This document shows, one piece after another, positions 19,129 to 29,806 of a DNA stretch of 64,000 nucleotides. Location of the stretch: assembly GCA_965230295.1 (NCBI GenBank), contig OZ246001.1, positions 1,888,001-1,952,000 on the forward strand, in the 5' to 3' direction. Each line of letters starts with the position of its first letter. Position 1 is the stretch's first letter. Made by a program: the position numbers and the translations under genes. The stretch is from Marinicella sp. GTDB taxonomy: Bacteria; Pseudomonadota; Gammaproteobacteria; Xanthomonadales; Marinicellaceae. The notes under the pieces are model-generated. The model had not been told where the DNA came from. It did no database searches and saw only the letters and a list, made by a program, of their open reading frames with translations.

Positions 19129-22100
19129 TCATTCATCGATTTGTAACAGCTCTAGCCATTGTGCTGTGTGATCTTCAAGCCAATGATGGTCTGACACCCA
19201 GGCCCTCATGGTCTGACCATTGTCATACAACAATTGTCGGTCATTGTCATAAGCCTCCAATTGGTCCTTCCACAGTTTGGGCTGGTTGGGCAAAAGATCA
19301 GCAGGACTGTTTTGATAACAAGGCAAATCAGAAGCCAAAACAGGAATGCCCAGCGCGCCATACTCCAATAGTTTCAAGGCGCTCTTGGCTGCATTAAAGG
19401 CATTGTCCACCAGCGGCGCGATGGCTAGGTTCAAACCAAGTTGTTGTAGTTTTGCTGGATAATGAAGCAAGTTTACTGGCGAATGAAACTCAATCATATT
19501 GAGGTCAATGCCCTCAGGATGATCACCAAAAAACACCCAATCAAATTGATGATGGGTCTGTTCAACCAGTGGTTTGATCCAAAGTAAATCTGCTTGGTGT
19601 TGCCCTGCACCAGCCCAGCCTATCCGTAATTTCTTTTCTGTAGGAATGGCGTTTTGGACTTGAGGCCACAGGGTTTTGGATAGCCGGTTGGGTATCACTT
19701 TGATGTTTCTGTGCCAATTTTTACATTGTGTTGCAAGTACATCAGAACTGACCAATAAAGTGTCTGCCAGAGAACAGGCCAGTTTGATGCGGGTACCCAC
19801 ATCATCGGGGACTTTATTGGTCATTGGGCTGTAATCAGGAATTTGGGTCAACAAATCATCAAGACTGATGATGGTGTGGATGTTGAGTTGTTTGTGGTAC
19901 TGGTGTAAAGCCTTCAGTTGTTTATCGGCATAAAACCCGTGTAACAACAATGCATCAGGTTGTAACCTTGCCAGCTCATGCGGAGAGGGCACCCAATGTC
20001 GGTGTTTCGTGGACATGAATTGCACACTGATTTTGTTTTCTGCAGCCAACACATTCAGTGGTGATTTAACCCGGTAAAAACCGCTGGCCCAGTCATCTTG
20101 GGCATATGCGACCACTCTGGGAAGGGTTTTGGGTGTTTTAAAAACGACATGAACCAAATCCAGGTTGCAAGGGTATGTACAGCTCAGTGCTGGTGAATAA
20201 TTACTGTGAGTGGGCTGATGTAAACTGGCATCAATGATGTCCATTCTTTCGCTGGCCAGGGTGGTCTTGCTTTGAGTAAACTGCAAATAAGGGATGCCAT
20301 GTTTATGCCAGCCTGGATCATTGCTGATACCGATTTTAAATCCTGCTTGCTGTAAAGCCTGGGAGCACCTCAGTGCTTGATAAAACCCGTTTGGCGTTAA
20401 AATTTCTGAACGAACCGTTTGCCACGCTGCTTGCGAAAATAGCATCATGTCATCATCGAGCAGTTCGTGTTCTGTGGCCGATCCCGGCCAATCAAATCGA
20501 ATGTCCCTGATGCGGCCTATGCCATGAAAGTGAAGGTCGCTGCCATACTTTTTTGCCAACAAGTGGTTCCGGTTGCCCTCTGTGGCAGCAGGCATACTGA
20601 TGGCATCCAGTTCTGAGTCTTGTAAGGAGGTGATGAGTTTTTCTATGCAGTCATCATTGGACATGCGCACATTGTCATGCAATAACATGAAGTGGGTATA
20701 AGCTTTTTCATCAATCGTTGGGGTTTCATCTTGTTGGTTTTCCACATCAAGGTGTATCACATCGGTCAGGCCGTTGATGACGGTGTTTTGCTGACTGATC
20801 AGTTTAACGACCCCCTTGATTTGTGACTTTGGTAATTGACTTGCTAACAAAATCAGCAGTTTATATGGTTTACTTTTAACCTGTTTTTTTTGTGGGGCTG
20901 ATTTCCATTTCTTGACCCAAAGTTGATCCAGAATGGTGTGGCTGAAGTGAGGAAAGTAACTGACCTGATTGGTTTGGTGGGCTTTTCTGACCAGCTGTCT
21001 TAATGGCTGTGGTTGTTGTAGGGTTTGTTGTAACAAATCTGCCTTCCAAGCTGATTTTTTCAGCAATAAACAGCCAACTATTTGATGTCCGGCATCAAAG
21101 TTTGTCCAGGAAAAGCCAGCTTGAAACTGAGGTGCGTAGATTTGCTGTGTTTGGTTATGTAAGGCAAAATCAGCCAATCCCAGTTTGGCATTTGTGGCGG
21201 TGAATGAGGACATCCAGTTGCCGATGTTTTCATTGATGTGAGCCCCGGCCTCAATGATCAAAACGGTGTCAGCGTCTGTGTGTGCCAAGTCTTTAGCATC
21301 AATAAATTTTGGTGATTGTAGGTGTGTTTTGATGTTGTTTTGCGACTTTAAAAAAAGTTCATCAATCGTTCCCAACAGCAAAACAGGACAACCGCTGGGA
21401 GGTGTCAGCCAATCAGCACCTGCTTCCAGAGTTTGTGGAGCTTCAATCCACATTTGCATGGATTGATAGGCATTGGATCTTGGTGGAGGAAGTAAACTCA
21501 ATTCAAGACCACCGGGTTTTACCCATGTGCGGCTTTGTTTTGTGGTTATTGATTGGTGGTATTGACGTTCCAATACTGCGGTTAAATTTTCATTGTCTTG
21601 CACGAATTCGATTGATCTGATGGCATCATTTTGTTGTTGTTTCTTAATGAAATTTTCAATGGCATTAACCAAACTTGCTAAGTTGTTGTTTTGATATAAA
21701 AATCCGTTAACGCCCTCAGTGATGCGTTGACCATAGGCGCCCAAATCAGGCGCCACCACAGGGACACCATGTATCCAAGCTTCTGTCAGTGTGATGGAAT
21801 AGGTTTCTGGAATTTGGGCAGTGAAAACCACCAAGTCAACATCTTTCAGCAGTTTGCCCAGGTTGTCTTTATCATAACTGCCAGTGATGGTTATGTTGGT
21901 GTGATCCAATTGATCTTTGTATTTTGGATCAACCCCCCCGATGATTTGCCATCCAATGGCAGGGTTGTTTAAACGATGGTAAAGATCAATGAACAATTGT
22001 GCCCCTTTGAGGACGCCGAATTGACCCAGGAATGCCAACCGCAATTTACCCGGGTTAAGGGGTTTGAGTCGAGCGACTTGACTGGGGTAGTAGCAAGGAG

Positions 22101-23616
22101 AAAACACTTGGGAATGCTCACTGATTTCTGGAAAGATTTTTAAGTAGGCATTGCGTAAATAATGGCTGGCGAACTGTATTTTTTCTGCACCAGTGAGTGT
22201 TTTGTGCCATATTTTTTTTCTGATTTGCAAAAATGATTGGGTGGTTAATCGTGTTTTTTGCGTTTTTTTGCTGAGGCATTTGAGGCATTGTTCACTGGTT
22301 TCGTCACTTTGATTGTTGCCACAAAAAACTTCTTGTTTATTGTTGGTGGTACTCAAGCTGAAAATCTGGCAAAGGCCACTGTGGTCATGAACAAAGAAAA
22401 AATACGGGATGTCCAATTGTTGACAAATCAAGGGCCAAATCTGACTGCCAACGCCAACCAGAGAGTGAAAGTGAACCATTTGGAAATTTCCTAACAACAG
22501 TAACTGATGGAAAAATTGATCCATGCTTGTTTGGTAGAGGTCCGCTGGTAAATTAAAAATGATGTGTTCAGGTTGGTTTAAGCCAACTGGTATCTCAATT
22601 ATTTTCAACTGTTCATCGACTGGAGATTCATTAAGAAACTTCTTGTTTCTGGGGGGCATGATGATTGTATGTTGTAATTCGTTGCTGAATTGCGCGATCA
22701 ACTCATGGGTGAACAATTCAACCCCACCTTTGTTATCAATTCCGTGCACCACATGTAAAACTTTCGATTGTCTGGTGTTTTTGGCTGCCAGCCAATGTTG
22801 AATGAGGTGGGTGGGGTTTTTGGTATGGAACGCTTCCACTTCACCACTGTACAGAGGCCACCGCAAATCCAGTAACTTTTGGTGTTGGGTTTGTAAATCT
22901 GTGGCTGTCGCTCTGAAGCTTTGTGATCCTTGGTGTTTGACATAGGCTGCCGGTGCACAAGCGACTTGCCATCCAGCTTGGCGGATCAGCATCGAATAAT
23001 CACATTCCTCTCCATAACCTGGGTCATAGAACGGATCAAACCCGCCCAGTTGTTGTAACACAGCTTGTTTGATCAATAAACAAAAGCCCACTGCAGTTGG
23101 TATGGGGTACCACATTCCTTTTAACGCTGTTAAATGTTCGATCTGGGTTGGGTCTTGGGTGGGTAGTGTCAGTATGGTTGCGTTGTTGGAAAGAGGGCAA
23201 ACCGCACCGACTTTTTCATCGCGGGCAACACACAGCATTGCGGCCAACCAACCATCAGTGACTTGGGTGTCAGCATTCAACAACAACACATGGTGGTCGA
23301 CTGTAGTCAGGTATTGGTTGACATTCTGTAGATACCCTAAGTTTTGTTTGCGATTGATTACAGTGACCTGGTCATGAACGGCCAAGGTGGACAAATATTC
23401 ATTAACCCGATGATCGGTGCTGGCGTCATTTAATAAGGTGATGAATTGGTACTGATCGGTGTACCTCAATAACGCATCGAGGCATTTAACCAATGCATCA
23501 AAACCATTGTAAACGGGTACAATGATTTCGACTTCAATCACCTCATCAGACTCATGGGCAGTATTCAGTATCTGATGCTTGGATAAGTTATTGAGGTATT
23601 GGTCGATGCGGGTCAT
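19129..23616 (-). CDS. Multidomain glycosyltransferase (GT2 + GT4-like + degenerate middle + C-terminal GT-B-like)
   Basis: N-terminal IIVPVYN, NDASTD, LLNAD and PGYGEECD. Central PETYSITLTEAW. C-terminal ASGFYRV, DDLL, RIGWAG and FNAAKSALKLLEYG. Confidence 0.88.
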   Translation of the reverse strand: MTRIDQYLNNLSKHQILNTAHESDEVIEVEIIVPVYNGFDALVKCLDALLRYTDQYQFITLLNDASTDHRVNEYLSTLAVHDQVTVINRKQNLGYLQNVNQYLTTVDHHVLLLNADTQVTDGWLAAMLCVARDEKVGAVCPLSNNATILTLPTQDPTQIEHLTALKGMWYPIPTAVGFCLLIKQAVLQQLGGFDPFYDPGYGEECDYSMLIRQAGWQVACAPAAYVKHQGSQSFRATATDLQTQHQKLLDLRWPLYSGEVEAFHTKNPTHLIQHWLAAKNTRQSKVLHVVHGIDNKGGVELFTHELIAQFSNELQHTIIMPPRNKKFLNESPVDEQLKIIEIPVGLNQPEHIIFNLPADLYQTSMDQFFHQLLLLGNFQMVHFHSLVGVGSQIWPLICQQLDIPYFFFVHDHSGLCQIFSLSTTNNKQEVFCGNNQSDETSEQCLKCLSKKTQKTRLTTQSFLQIRKKIWHKTLTGAEKIQFASHYLRNAYLKIFPEISEHSQVFSPCYYPSQVARLKPLNPGKLRLAFLGQFGVLKGAQLFIDLYHRLNNPAIGWQIIGGVDPKYKDQLDHTNITITGSYDKDNLGKLLKDVDLVVFTAQIPETYSITLTEAWIHGVPVVAPDLGAYGQRITEGVNGFLYQNNNLASLVNAIENFIKKQQQNDAIRSIEFVQDNENLTAVLERQYHQSITTKQSRTWVKPGGLELSLLPPPRSNAYQSMQMWIEAPQTLEAGADWLTPPSGCPVLLLGTIDELFLKSQNNIKTHLQSPKFIDAKDLAHTDADTVLIIEAGAHINENIGNWMSSFTATNAKLGLADFALHNQTQQIYAPQFQAGFSWTNFDAGHQIVGCLLLKKSAWKADLLQQTLQQPQPLRQLVRKAHQTNQVSYFPHFSHTILDQLWVKKWKSAPQKKQVKSKPYKLLILLASQLPKSQIKGVVKLISQQNTVINGLTDVIHLDVENQQDETPTIDEKAYTHFMLLHDNVRMSNDDCIEKLITSLQDSELDAISMPAATEGNRNHLLAKKYGSDLHFHGIGRIRDIRFDWPGSATEHELLDDDMMLFSQAAWQTVRSEILTPNGFYQALRCSQALQQAGFKIGISNDPGWHKHGIPYLQFTQSKTTLASERMDIIDASLHQPTHSNYSPALSCTYPCNLDLVHVVFKTPKTLPRVVAYAQDDWASGFYRVKSPLNVLAAENKISVQFMSTKHRHWVPSPHELARLQPDALLLHGFYADKQLKALHQYHKQLNIHTIISLDDLLTQIPDYSPMTNKVPDDVGTRIKLACSLADTLLVSSDVLATQCKNWHRNIKVIPNRLSKTLWPQVQNAIPTEKKLRIGWAGAGQHQADLLWIKPLVEQTHHQFDWVFFGDHPEGIDLNMIEFHSPVNLLHYPAKLQQLGLNLAIAPLVDNAFNAAKSALKLLEYGALGIPVLASDLPCYQNSPADLLPNQPKLWKDQLEAYDNDRQLLYDNGQTMRAWVSDHHWLEDHTAQWLELLQIDE

Positions 23617-23745
23617 CTGCTGGTTTTGTTGCTTGATGGGTGTTTAGATTTGACGTCGGTGATGATTTGCAACGTGGAAAGTGTGGTAAAAGACCTTAAA
23701 ATAGCTGTTTATCAGCAAATTTGAAATATTTATTATATCCATATA

Positions 23746-23831
23746 TATCAATAACTTAAATTGTTTTGTTAAAAAAACATTCAAATAATTTTACTTAAAA
23801 CTTGCATTAAAAGTATTCTGTATGTTATTGT
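23746..23831 (+). promoter_or_regulatory. IHF-consensus site and sigma70-like promoter of a candidate sRNA
   Basis: TATCAATAACTTA (23746-23758) fits WATCAANNNNTTR. TTGCAT (23802) is separated by 18 bp from TATTGT (23826), with an extended -10 TG. Confidence 0.45.
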
Positions 23832-23836
23832 TTTAC

Positions 23837-23921
23837 TTAGCAAATGTGCCCTATAACCGATTTCTCAAACATTCGGTTTATACCTCTTAATCCCAAACCG
23901 CATTGGATTGGGATTTTTTTT
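23837..23921 (+). ncRNA. Candidate small regulatory RNA (~85 nt)
   Basis: Promoter upstream. Internal hairpin TATAACCGA/TCGGTTTATA. Terminator AATCCCAA/TTGGGATT plus T run on the + strand, although both flanking genes are on the - strand. Confidence 0.5.
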
Positions 23922-24051
23922 GCCTATTTTATCAGTGATTTTATATGAATCATCGAATGCTTTCAGGTTTTTCACAAAGTGCTGTTCAACAATACAAGTT
24001 CCTGGTTTCACTGCCATAAAAAGCTTGGTAGCTGACTTTTGCTGATGGCGT

Positions 24052-26571
24052 TCATGGTGCTGTTTTTTTGATCAGATTTGAGAGGAAAATGGCATTGATA
24101 ATCCAGCGTTGGGTGCCATACCAGAAAGCCCTGAAGTTTGGGTTGAATCCAAATTTTATGTAGGTCCCTTGCCCTGACTTTTGTGCCACAACCAAAGGAG
24201 CCTGTTGTAATTTTTCATGCCAATAGTCAGAGACATAACCGGCGGCTCGAACTTCTTTGGTGATTTGTAACGGGGTGTGGTAATAGTCATTTGTATCTGG
24301 TTTGACTCCTTGTAACACGGCTTTACCTTTGAGCAATACATGCTGGGTTGATAAATGGGTGCCAAAAGCCAGCGGATGGGTCAGGTCGGCATTGGCGCCA
24401 ACGATAGCGCCACCCAGTACTTTCTCGGCGGCATTTTTTTCATGGTCGCCATAAGCCTTGCGTTCTGCTTTTTCCGGTTCTTTGTTGTCTTTTTTGGCTT
24501 GTGAATCGGTTTCTTTTTCCGGGTTTTGTAAGTGATTTTCTACCCAATTGGCTGCTTTTTGCATGGCGATCAGATGGCCTCCCTTGTTAACCCACTGGTT
24601 GAGTTTTTGGGCCATTTTTTCATCCAGCTTATTTTCGTAGTCCCCGTTGGGCATGATGATGTGGGTGTAATCATTGAGGTTTACCCTTCTGACATGTGAT
24701 AGCCTGATTTTACTTACGGGCAAATAAACCTGGGTGTCAAATAAATGCCATAAACTACCGGCTTGATAGGCATCAACACCTTGTCCAACCAACATCATGA
24801 CTCGTGGCTGATTCAGTTTTTTGATCGCAGGTGAGCCCAAGTCCACCCCTTGGTCAGCCAATGACGTGTTCAAAGGATACCATTGAACACCAAAGGCATC
24901 GGTGATGGTGCTGAGTATAGAGAACAATTGGTCTTCATTGCTTTGTTGGTTGACGGGTAACACAAAACTACCTGCTGGCACTTGGTGGCCGTTGATGCTT
25001 AAGGGTTTTCCGGAAATCAGTACATCGTCATGCTGTTGGCTTAAGTAATGCAACGCAGCAGGTGCGTTACCACTGTGCCAATCAAAAACATAGGCAATGG
25101 CATTTTTGTTGTAACTGTTGTTTGGACCAAAGGCAGGTGCATTGCTGTGGGAGTCCAAGCTGGATTTGACCGCTGACCAATGGAAACCCCATGCCATGCC
25201 CAGGTTCCACGCGGAAACGTCATAAAAGGTGTTGTCCTGGAATGAAGTGTCGGTATTGAACAAAGACTGGATCAAGGTTGTTTGCATCTGATCCAGTGGA
25301 ATGTATACAGCTTGATCTTTGAGGTATTTATGACCGTCAATGGTTTTGTCGGTGGCCAAAAAAGTATAGGTGATTCTGTGTTGCTGCAAAAAACCCAGCA
25401 GTCTGTTGGCATCATGATCTCGACCAGCTATATCCAGTAGATAGCCTTTGGTGGCGAGTTTGGCTGCTGTTTGTCTGGCGAGTTTGAAGAAATTCTTTTT
25501 GTATTTGATCAGCTCTGCTCGGATTTGTTGGGATCCTGTAAAGGTGGAGCGTGCTGTGAGGAATTGGTTTCTGATACCGTCGGCCAATGAACGTTGACCA
25601 TTGTTGGTATCGATCACCCCGCCCATGGCCCTGGCTTGTTCGAACAAGATCCCAATGCTGCCTTGTAAGTCAGGGTAGGTAGAACCCTTGCCAGGATAGA
25701 AATCATCAAAACTTTCTTCATTGTAATAATATTGTCCGACTTGATCCAATGCCTGGGCGTGGAAGTTGGCCAGTTGGTTGGTCAACTCGACGTTTTTGTC
25801 ACTGATCAGCGGGTTTTTTCTGCTGGGTACCCCGGGTTGAAAGAAGAAAGTGGCCGCTGAACCCATTTCATGGTGGTCTGTGAGGACATGTGGTTGCCAG
25901 TCATGGAATTGTTTCAGTCTGGCTTTGGATTCGGTTTGGGTCAACAGCAACCAGTCACGATTCAGGTCAAACCAATAATGGTTGGTGCGACCACTGGGCC
26001 AGGCTTCAACATGTGACATGTCATTGGCATCGGTCACCGTGGTTAAAGAGCGGTTGTTGTTCACATAGGTGGTGAATCTGGACAGACCATCCGGATTCAT
26101 ACTGGGGTCAATCAACACAACGGTGTTGGCAAAACTGTCTTTGATGGCCGCATTGTTGGTGGCCAACAAGTACCAGGCAAATAACACCGAGGCATTGGAG
26201 CCACTGGATTCATTACCATGTATACTGAAACCATTCCAAATTTTAAGTACATCAGCATCGTTTTTTATCTGTTCCAGGTTGGCAATGTTTTCTGCCGAAC
26301 TGATGGCCAATAACACCAAGCGGCGACCTTCGTTGGTTTGTCCATAGTCAATCAACCTGGCTTCTGGTCTGGAGGCAGCCAATACGCTTAAATAGCTGAT
26401 CAGTTGATCATGACGCAAATGGCGGTCTCCTAACTCCTGCCCCAAAACAGCGGTGGGTGAAGGGATGCTGGCATCATACATTTCACCCTGTGGCAAATAG
26501 AATTCGAGGGGTTTTGCGATCAACAAAACGGGAGCCCATAACAAGGCCAAAACGGCAGTGGATTTTTTCAT
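24052..26571 (-). CDS. Secreted M14 family zinc carboxypeptidase
   Basis: Signal peptide. HGNE, NPDG, GRTNHYWFDLNRDW, DHHEMG, GILFEQ and PNFRAFW. Confidence 0.92.
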   Translation of the reverse strand: MKKSTAVLALLWAPVLLIAKPLEFYLPQGEMYDASIPSPTAVLGQELGDRHLRHDQLISYLSVLAASRPEARLIDYGQTNEGRRLVLLAISSAENIANLEQIKNDADVLKIWNGFSIHGNESSGSNASVLFAWYLLATNNAAIKDSFANTVVLIDPSMNPDGLSRFTTYVNNNRSLTTVTDANDMSHVEAWPSGRTNHYWFDLNRDWLLLTQTESKARLKQFHDWQPHVLTDHHEMGSAATFFFQPGVPSRKNPLISDKNVELTNQLANFHAQALDQVGQYYYNEESFDDFYPGKGSTYPDLQGSIGILFEQARAMGGVIDTNNGQRSLADGIRNQFLTARSTFTGSQQIRAELIKYKKNFFKLARQTAAKLATKGYLLDIAGRDHDANRLLGFLQQHRITYTFLATDKTIDGHKYLKDQAVYIPLDQMQTTLIQSLFNTDTSFQDNTFYDVSAWNLGMAWGFHWSAVKSSLDSHSNAPAFGPNNSYNKNAIAYVFDWHSGNAPAALHYLSQQHDDVLISGKPLSINGHQVPAGSFVLPVNQQSNEDQLFSILSTITDAFGVQWYPLNTSLADQGVDLGSPAIKKLNQPRVMMLVGQGVDAYQAGSLWHLFDTQVYLPVSKIRLSHVRRVNLNDYTHIIMPNGDYENKLDEKMAQKLNQWVNKGGHLIAMQKAANWVENHLQNPEKETDSQAKKDNKEPEKAERKAYGDHEKNAAEKVLGGAIVGANADLTHPLAFGTHLSTQHVLLKGKAVLQGVKPDTNDYYHTPLQITKEVRAAGYVSDYWHEKLQQAPLVVAQKSGQGTYIKFGFNPNFRAFWYGTQRWIINAIFLSNLIKKTAP

Positions 26572-26579
26572 TTTTTAAT

Positions 26580-27821
26580 TTAAGTCAAATTTCGTTTAAC
26601 AGATTTTATGGCAGCCACGCGCAATTGTCTAATTTGATTACCCAGCTCAACACCTTCATAACCTTGGTCGAACAGTGGTTGCTTGTCCACATGCCTTGCG
26701 GCCTGGAAGAATTGTCTGATGTAATCGGCTTGTGGATAGGTCTTGAATTCATCTCCCCAGCGGCCAGTGGCGTCAGCTTCACAGGCCAGTATAAACTTTT
26801 CCAACTGCTTGGGTTGTCGATAGGCATTCAAACGACTGAACAGCTTTTCTATGGTAACAGGTCGCAACTCCATGATGGTGTGGGCGTGCAGGTGCCATTG
26901 GCAAACCAACACCGCCAGTTTTTTGTAGTGATTAGGTACTTTCAGGCGATTGCTCACCGCTTTAACCAGTGGGACGCCAGCCAATTCATGGCCACGATGA
27001 CTGGGCAAGACGTCTTTAGGGGTGATGCCCTTACCCAAGTCGTGGACCATAACTGCATAGGCCACATCATTGTCCAAGTCTTTGGCTTGATCAATGGCCA
27101 ACATGGCGTGGAGTCCAGTATCAATTTCAGGATGCCACATTTCCGTTTGTGGGATACCAAACAAACAATCGATTTCAGGCAGTAAAATTTTTAATGCACC
27201 ACAGTCGCGTAAGGTCATGAAGAAAGCCGATGGTGTGGTCTGATTAAGGCTGTTTTTAATTTCCTGCCACACCCGTTCGGTTACCAAGGCTTCAATTTCA
27301 CCGGCATTGACCAACCCTTGCATCAAGGCCAATGTATCAGGGTGAACCTGGAAGCCCAAGTGAGCCAAACGGCTCATAAAGCGCGCGACTCGTAAGACCC
27401 TGACGGGATCTTCAGCAAATGCTGGTGAAACATGTCGCAGTATTTTATTGGCCAGATCTTGTTGACCGCCATAGGGGTCGATGATGTGGCCTTCATCATC
27501 CATGGCCATGGCGTTGATGGTGAGGTCTCGACGCATCAAGTCATCTTCCAGTGACACCTCAGGACCGGTATTAAAACTGAAGCCATGATAACCTCTGGCG
27601 GTTTTTCTTTCGGTTCGCGCCAAGGCATACTCATCATTGCTGTCGGGGTGTAAAAAAACCGGAAAATCTTTACCCACCGGTTTAAACCCTTGGGCCACCA
27701 TTTGCTCTGGATTGCTGCCTACCACCACATAATCTTGGTCTTTGATGGGCAATCTCAACAAGTGGTCTCGCACCGCCCCACCAACCTTAAAAGTACCTGA
27801 GTGGGTGGTTGATGTGCTCAT
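26580..27821 (-). CDS. cca: Multifunctional CCA tRNA nucleotidyltransferase (with HD domain)
   Basis: VGGAVRD, DQDYVV, EYALARTERK, RRDLTINA, EDPVRVLR and HDLGKG. Start placed at the ATG overlapping the slt stop; the longer ORF-track N-terminus is probably spurious. Confidence 0.96.
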   Translation of the reverse strand: MSTSTTHSGTFKVGGAVRDHLLRLPIKDQDYVVVGSNPEQMVAQGFKPVGKDFPVFLHPDSNDEYALARTERKTARGYHGFSFNTGPEVSLEDDLMRRDLTINAMAMDDEGHIIDPYGGQQDLANKILRHVSPAFAEDPVRVLRVARFMSRLAHLGFQVHPDTLALMQGLVNAGEIEALVTERVWQEIKNSLNQTTPSAFFMTLRDCGALKILLPEIDCLFGIPQTEMWHPEIDTGLHAMLAIDQAKDLDNDVAYAVMVHDLGKGITPKDVLPSHRGHELAGVPLVKAVSNRLKVPNHYKKLAVLVCQWHLHAHTIMELRPVTIEKLFSRLNAYRQPKQLEKFILACEADATGRWGDEFKTYPQADYIRQFFQAARHVDKQPLFDQGYEGVELGNQIRQLRVAAIKSVKRNLT

Positions 27822-29803
27822 GGATGACAGACCGCTTGGGTGGTTTGGTGGTGGGTGGTTTTGTTTGGCCAGGCTTTGATTGGGCTTTGGTTGATTGGGA
27901 TGGTGGGCATCCAGGTTGAGATGCGCCGTGGTGTTTGGTTGATCAACCAATCGTAAATGGTGACATTGGACAAAATGCGGGTTACATAATCACGGGTTTC
28001 ACGGTATGGAATGGTTTCCAGCCAAATGTCTGGTGAGCGTGGAAAGTCTTGGCTCCAATCCATGGACTTTCTTTCGCCAGCGTTGTAAGCCGCCGCCACC
28101 AAAATGGGGTGGTCAAATTGTTTGAACAGGTTTTTTTGATACTGGACACCGAGTTGGATATTTAATGATGCTTGGTGTAAATCTCTGGGTTGGTTGATTG
28201 ATACGCCCAGTTGGCTGGCCACTGCATTGGCCGTGGATGGCAGCAATTGCATCAGTCCGTGGGCGTTGGCATGTGAAACGGCATCTTTGGTCCAGGCGCT
28301 TTCTTGCTTGATGATGGCCATCACCCATTGGGGCATGGGATCGTTGCTGTTGGCCTGGGCTCGAATCACTTGTTCATGTGCGACAGGATAGCGCCAAATG
28401 TAATTGTCCCATAATCCCAGATCAGCCATAATGGCAATCGATTTGGCATACCAGTGTTCTTGTAAAACCCGTTCGGCCAAAGCTATTTTTTCATCACGAT
28501 TCAGTGATCTGTATGCTGTGTTCCATTCACGACGTGCCATCACCAACATACCCGCATGGTGTAACTCAATGGCCCTTTCAATGGCCGCAGGTGGGTTGAA
28601 TTGTGTCAGGGTTGTGTTGGCCGGCTTTTGACACAAGTGGTAGGGCTGTCGTAAGTGATCAGCCGCCAAAAAACCGTAGTAATTGGTTTTTTTTCGCAGC
28701 CCTTCAAAAATGGTTTTGGCATCATTCTTCTTGCCAACTTTGGCCATTGCCCTGGCCGTCCAATATTGCCATCGATCTTGTCCCAGTTGGCGTAAACTCA
28801 TCTTCTTTAAGGCATCCAACACATTGTGCCACTGCTCATGGTACAAGTAGTATCGAACGATCCAGGCATGGATTTGATCGTCTTTCATGCTGGCAGGCAG
28901 TTTTTTCATGGCATCGATTGAGAAGGCCTCATAATCAGTGGCAGCAAATAGAGCCATTTGTCGTTCAACCTGATCGATGTGTGATTGTTTTAACGGGTGA
29001 GCCGATTTGACCTTGGGCCAAATTTTATGCAATGTGGCTGGCATGCTTTTGGCCATGCGCATACCCGTTTTATAGATCAACCAGGGCAATTCAGGGTTGA
29101 TGGTCCAATTCACTGATTGTTCAATGGCCGTTTCGGGGTCTTGCATCAGGTCAATCGCCTGATCGACCCAAACCGGTTTGGTTTGTAATTGTTTTTTGAG
29201 GTGGTTGGCCAATGAAGAGTTGTTGCTTTCAAAGGTTAACTTGATGCGACTCAATAACAATGGGTCAGTCAGGTGGCCTTGTTTTTTCCACCATTTGAAC
29301 GCCACATTACAGGCATCAGGTGCTGATAAGCCTGACAGCCACATGGCTTCTATCAATGGCGGGAGTCCCTGGGTTTTTTGTTGGTCAATCCTCGCATTCA
29401 AATACCAGCATTGGCGTTTACCTTGATCAAAACCATTGTGATGGTTGAGGTATTTGGCCCATTGTTTTTGCCACCCCAATTGATCCAGTAAATGTCGGGT
29501 CAGCTGTTTGTTCAACGGGCTGCCTGGGTGTTTTTGCTGGAAATCGGCAATGGCTTGTTCGGGCAAATTGGCCATGTCACTGCGGATCAGTGCATAATCT
29601 AAATAATGAGTGATCGGGTAGTTGTCCAATGGCTGACGACGTTGGGCCACTTGCGTGGACTGGCCTTGTAATGCCAAGGCATACAAAGTGCGAAAGAGTT
29701 TACGTTCTTTTTTGGACTGTGCTGCAACAACCACATGGCTCAATAACAAACACAGTGTGATCAGAATGCGTGTATGAATGGTGTGGTTGTTTGCCGATTT
29801 CAT
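27818..29803 (-). CDS. slt: Soluble lytic murein transglycosylase
   Basis: Signal peptide and helical N-region. Catalytic KQES, GLMQL, AAYNAG and ETIPYRETRDYV. Confidence 0.93.
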   Translation of the reverse strand: MKSANNHTIHTRILITLCLLLSHVVVAAQSKKERKLFRTLYALALQGQSTQVAQRRQPLDNYPITHYLDYALIRSDMANLPEQAIADFQQKHPGSPLNKQLTRHLLDQLGWQKQWAKYLNHHNGFDQGKRQCWYLNARIDQQKTQGLPPLIEAMWLSGLSAPDACNVAFKWWKKQGHLTDPLLLSRIKLTFESNNSSLANHLKKQLQTKPVWVDQAIDLMQDPETAIEQSVNWTINPELPWLIYKTGMRMAKSMPATLHKIWPKVKSAHPLKQSHIDQVERQMALFAATDYEAFSIDAMKKLPASMKDDQIHAWIVRYYLYHEQWHNVLDALKKMSLRQLGQDRWQYWTARAMAKVGKKNDAKTIFEGLRKKTNYYGFLAADHLRQPYHLCQKPANTTLTQFNPPAAIERAIELHHAGMLVMARREWNTAYRSLNRDEKIALAERVLQEHWYAKSIAIMADLGLWDNYIWRYPVAHEQVIRAQANSNDPMPQWVMAIIKQESAWTKDAVSHANAHGLMQLLPSTANAVASQLGVSINQPRDLHQASLNIQLGVQYQKNLFKQFDHPILVAAAYNAGERKSMDWSQDFPRSPDIWLETIPYRETRDYVTRILSNVTIYDWLINQTPRRISTWMPTIPINQSPIKAWPNKTTHHQTTQAVCHP

Positions 29804-29806
29804 GGG

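Noticed and set aside
26457-27185. Long antisense ORFs (also 63358..63984 and others)
   Set aside because: They are shadows of well-supported genes on the opposite strand.
27822-27950. N-terminal extension of Cca in the ORF track
   Set aside because: It overlaps the slt 3' end. The ATG at 27821 gives a normal protein with an ATGA overlap.
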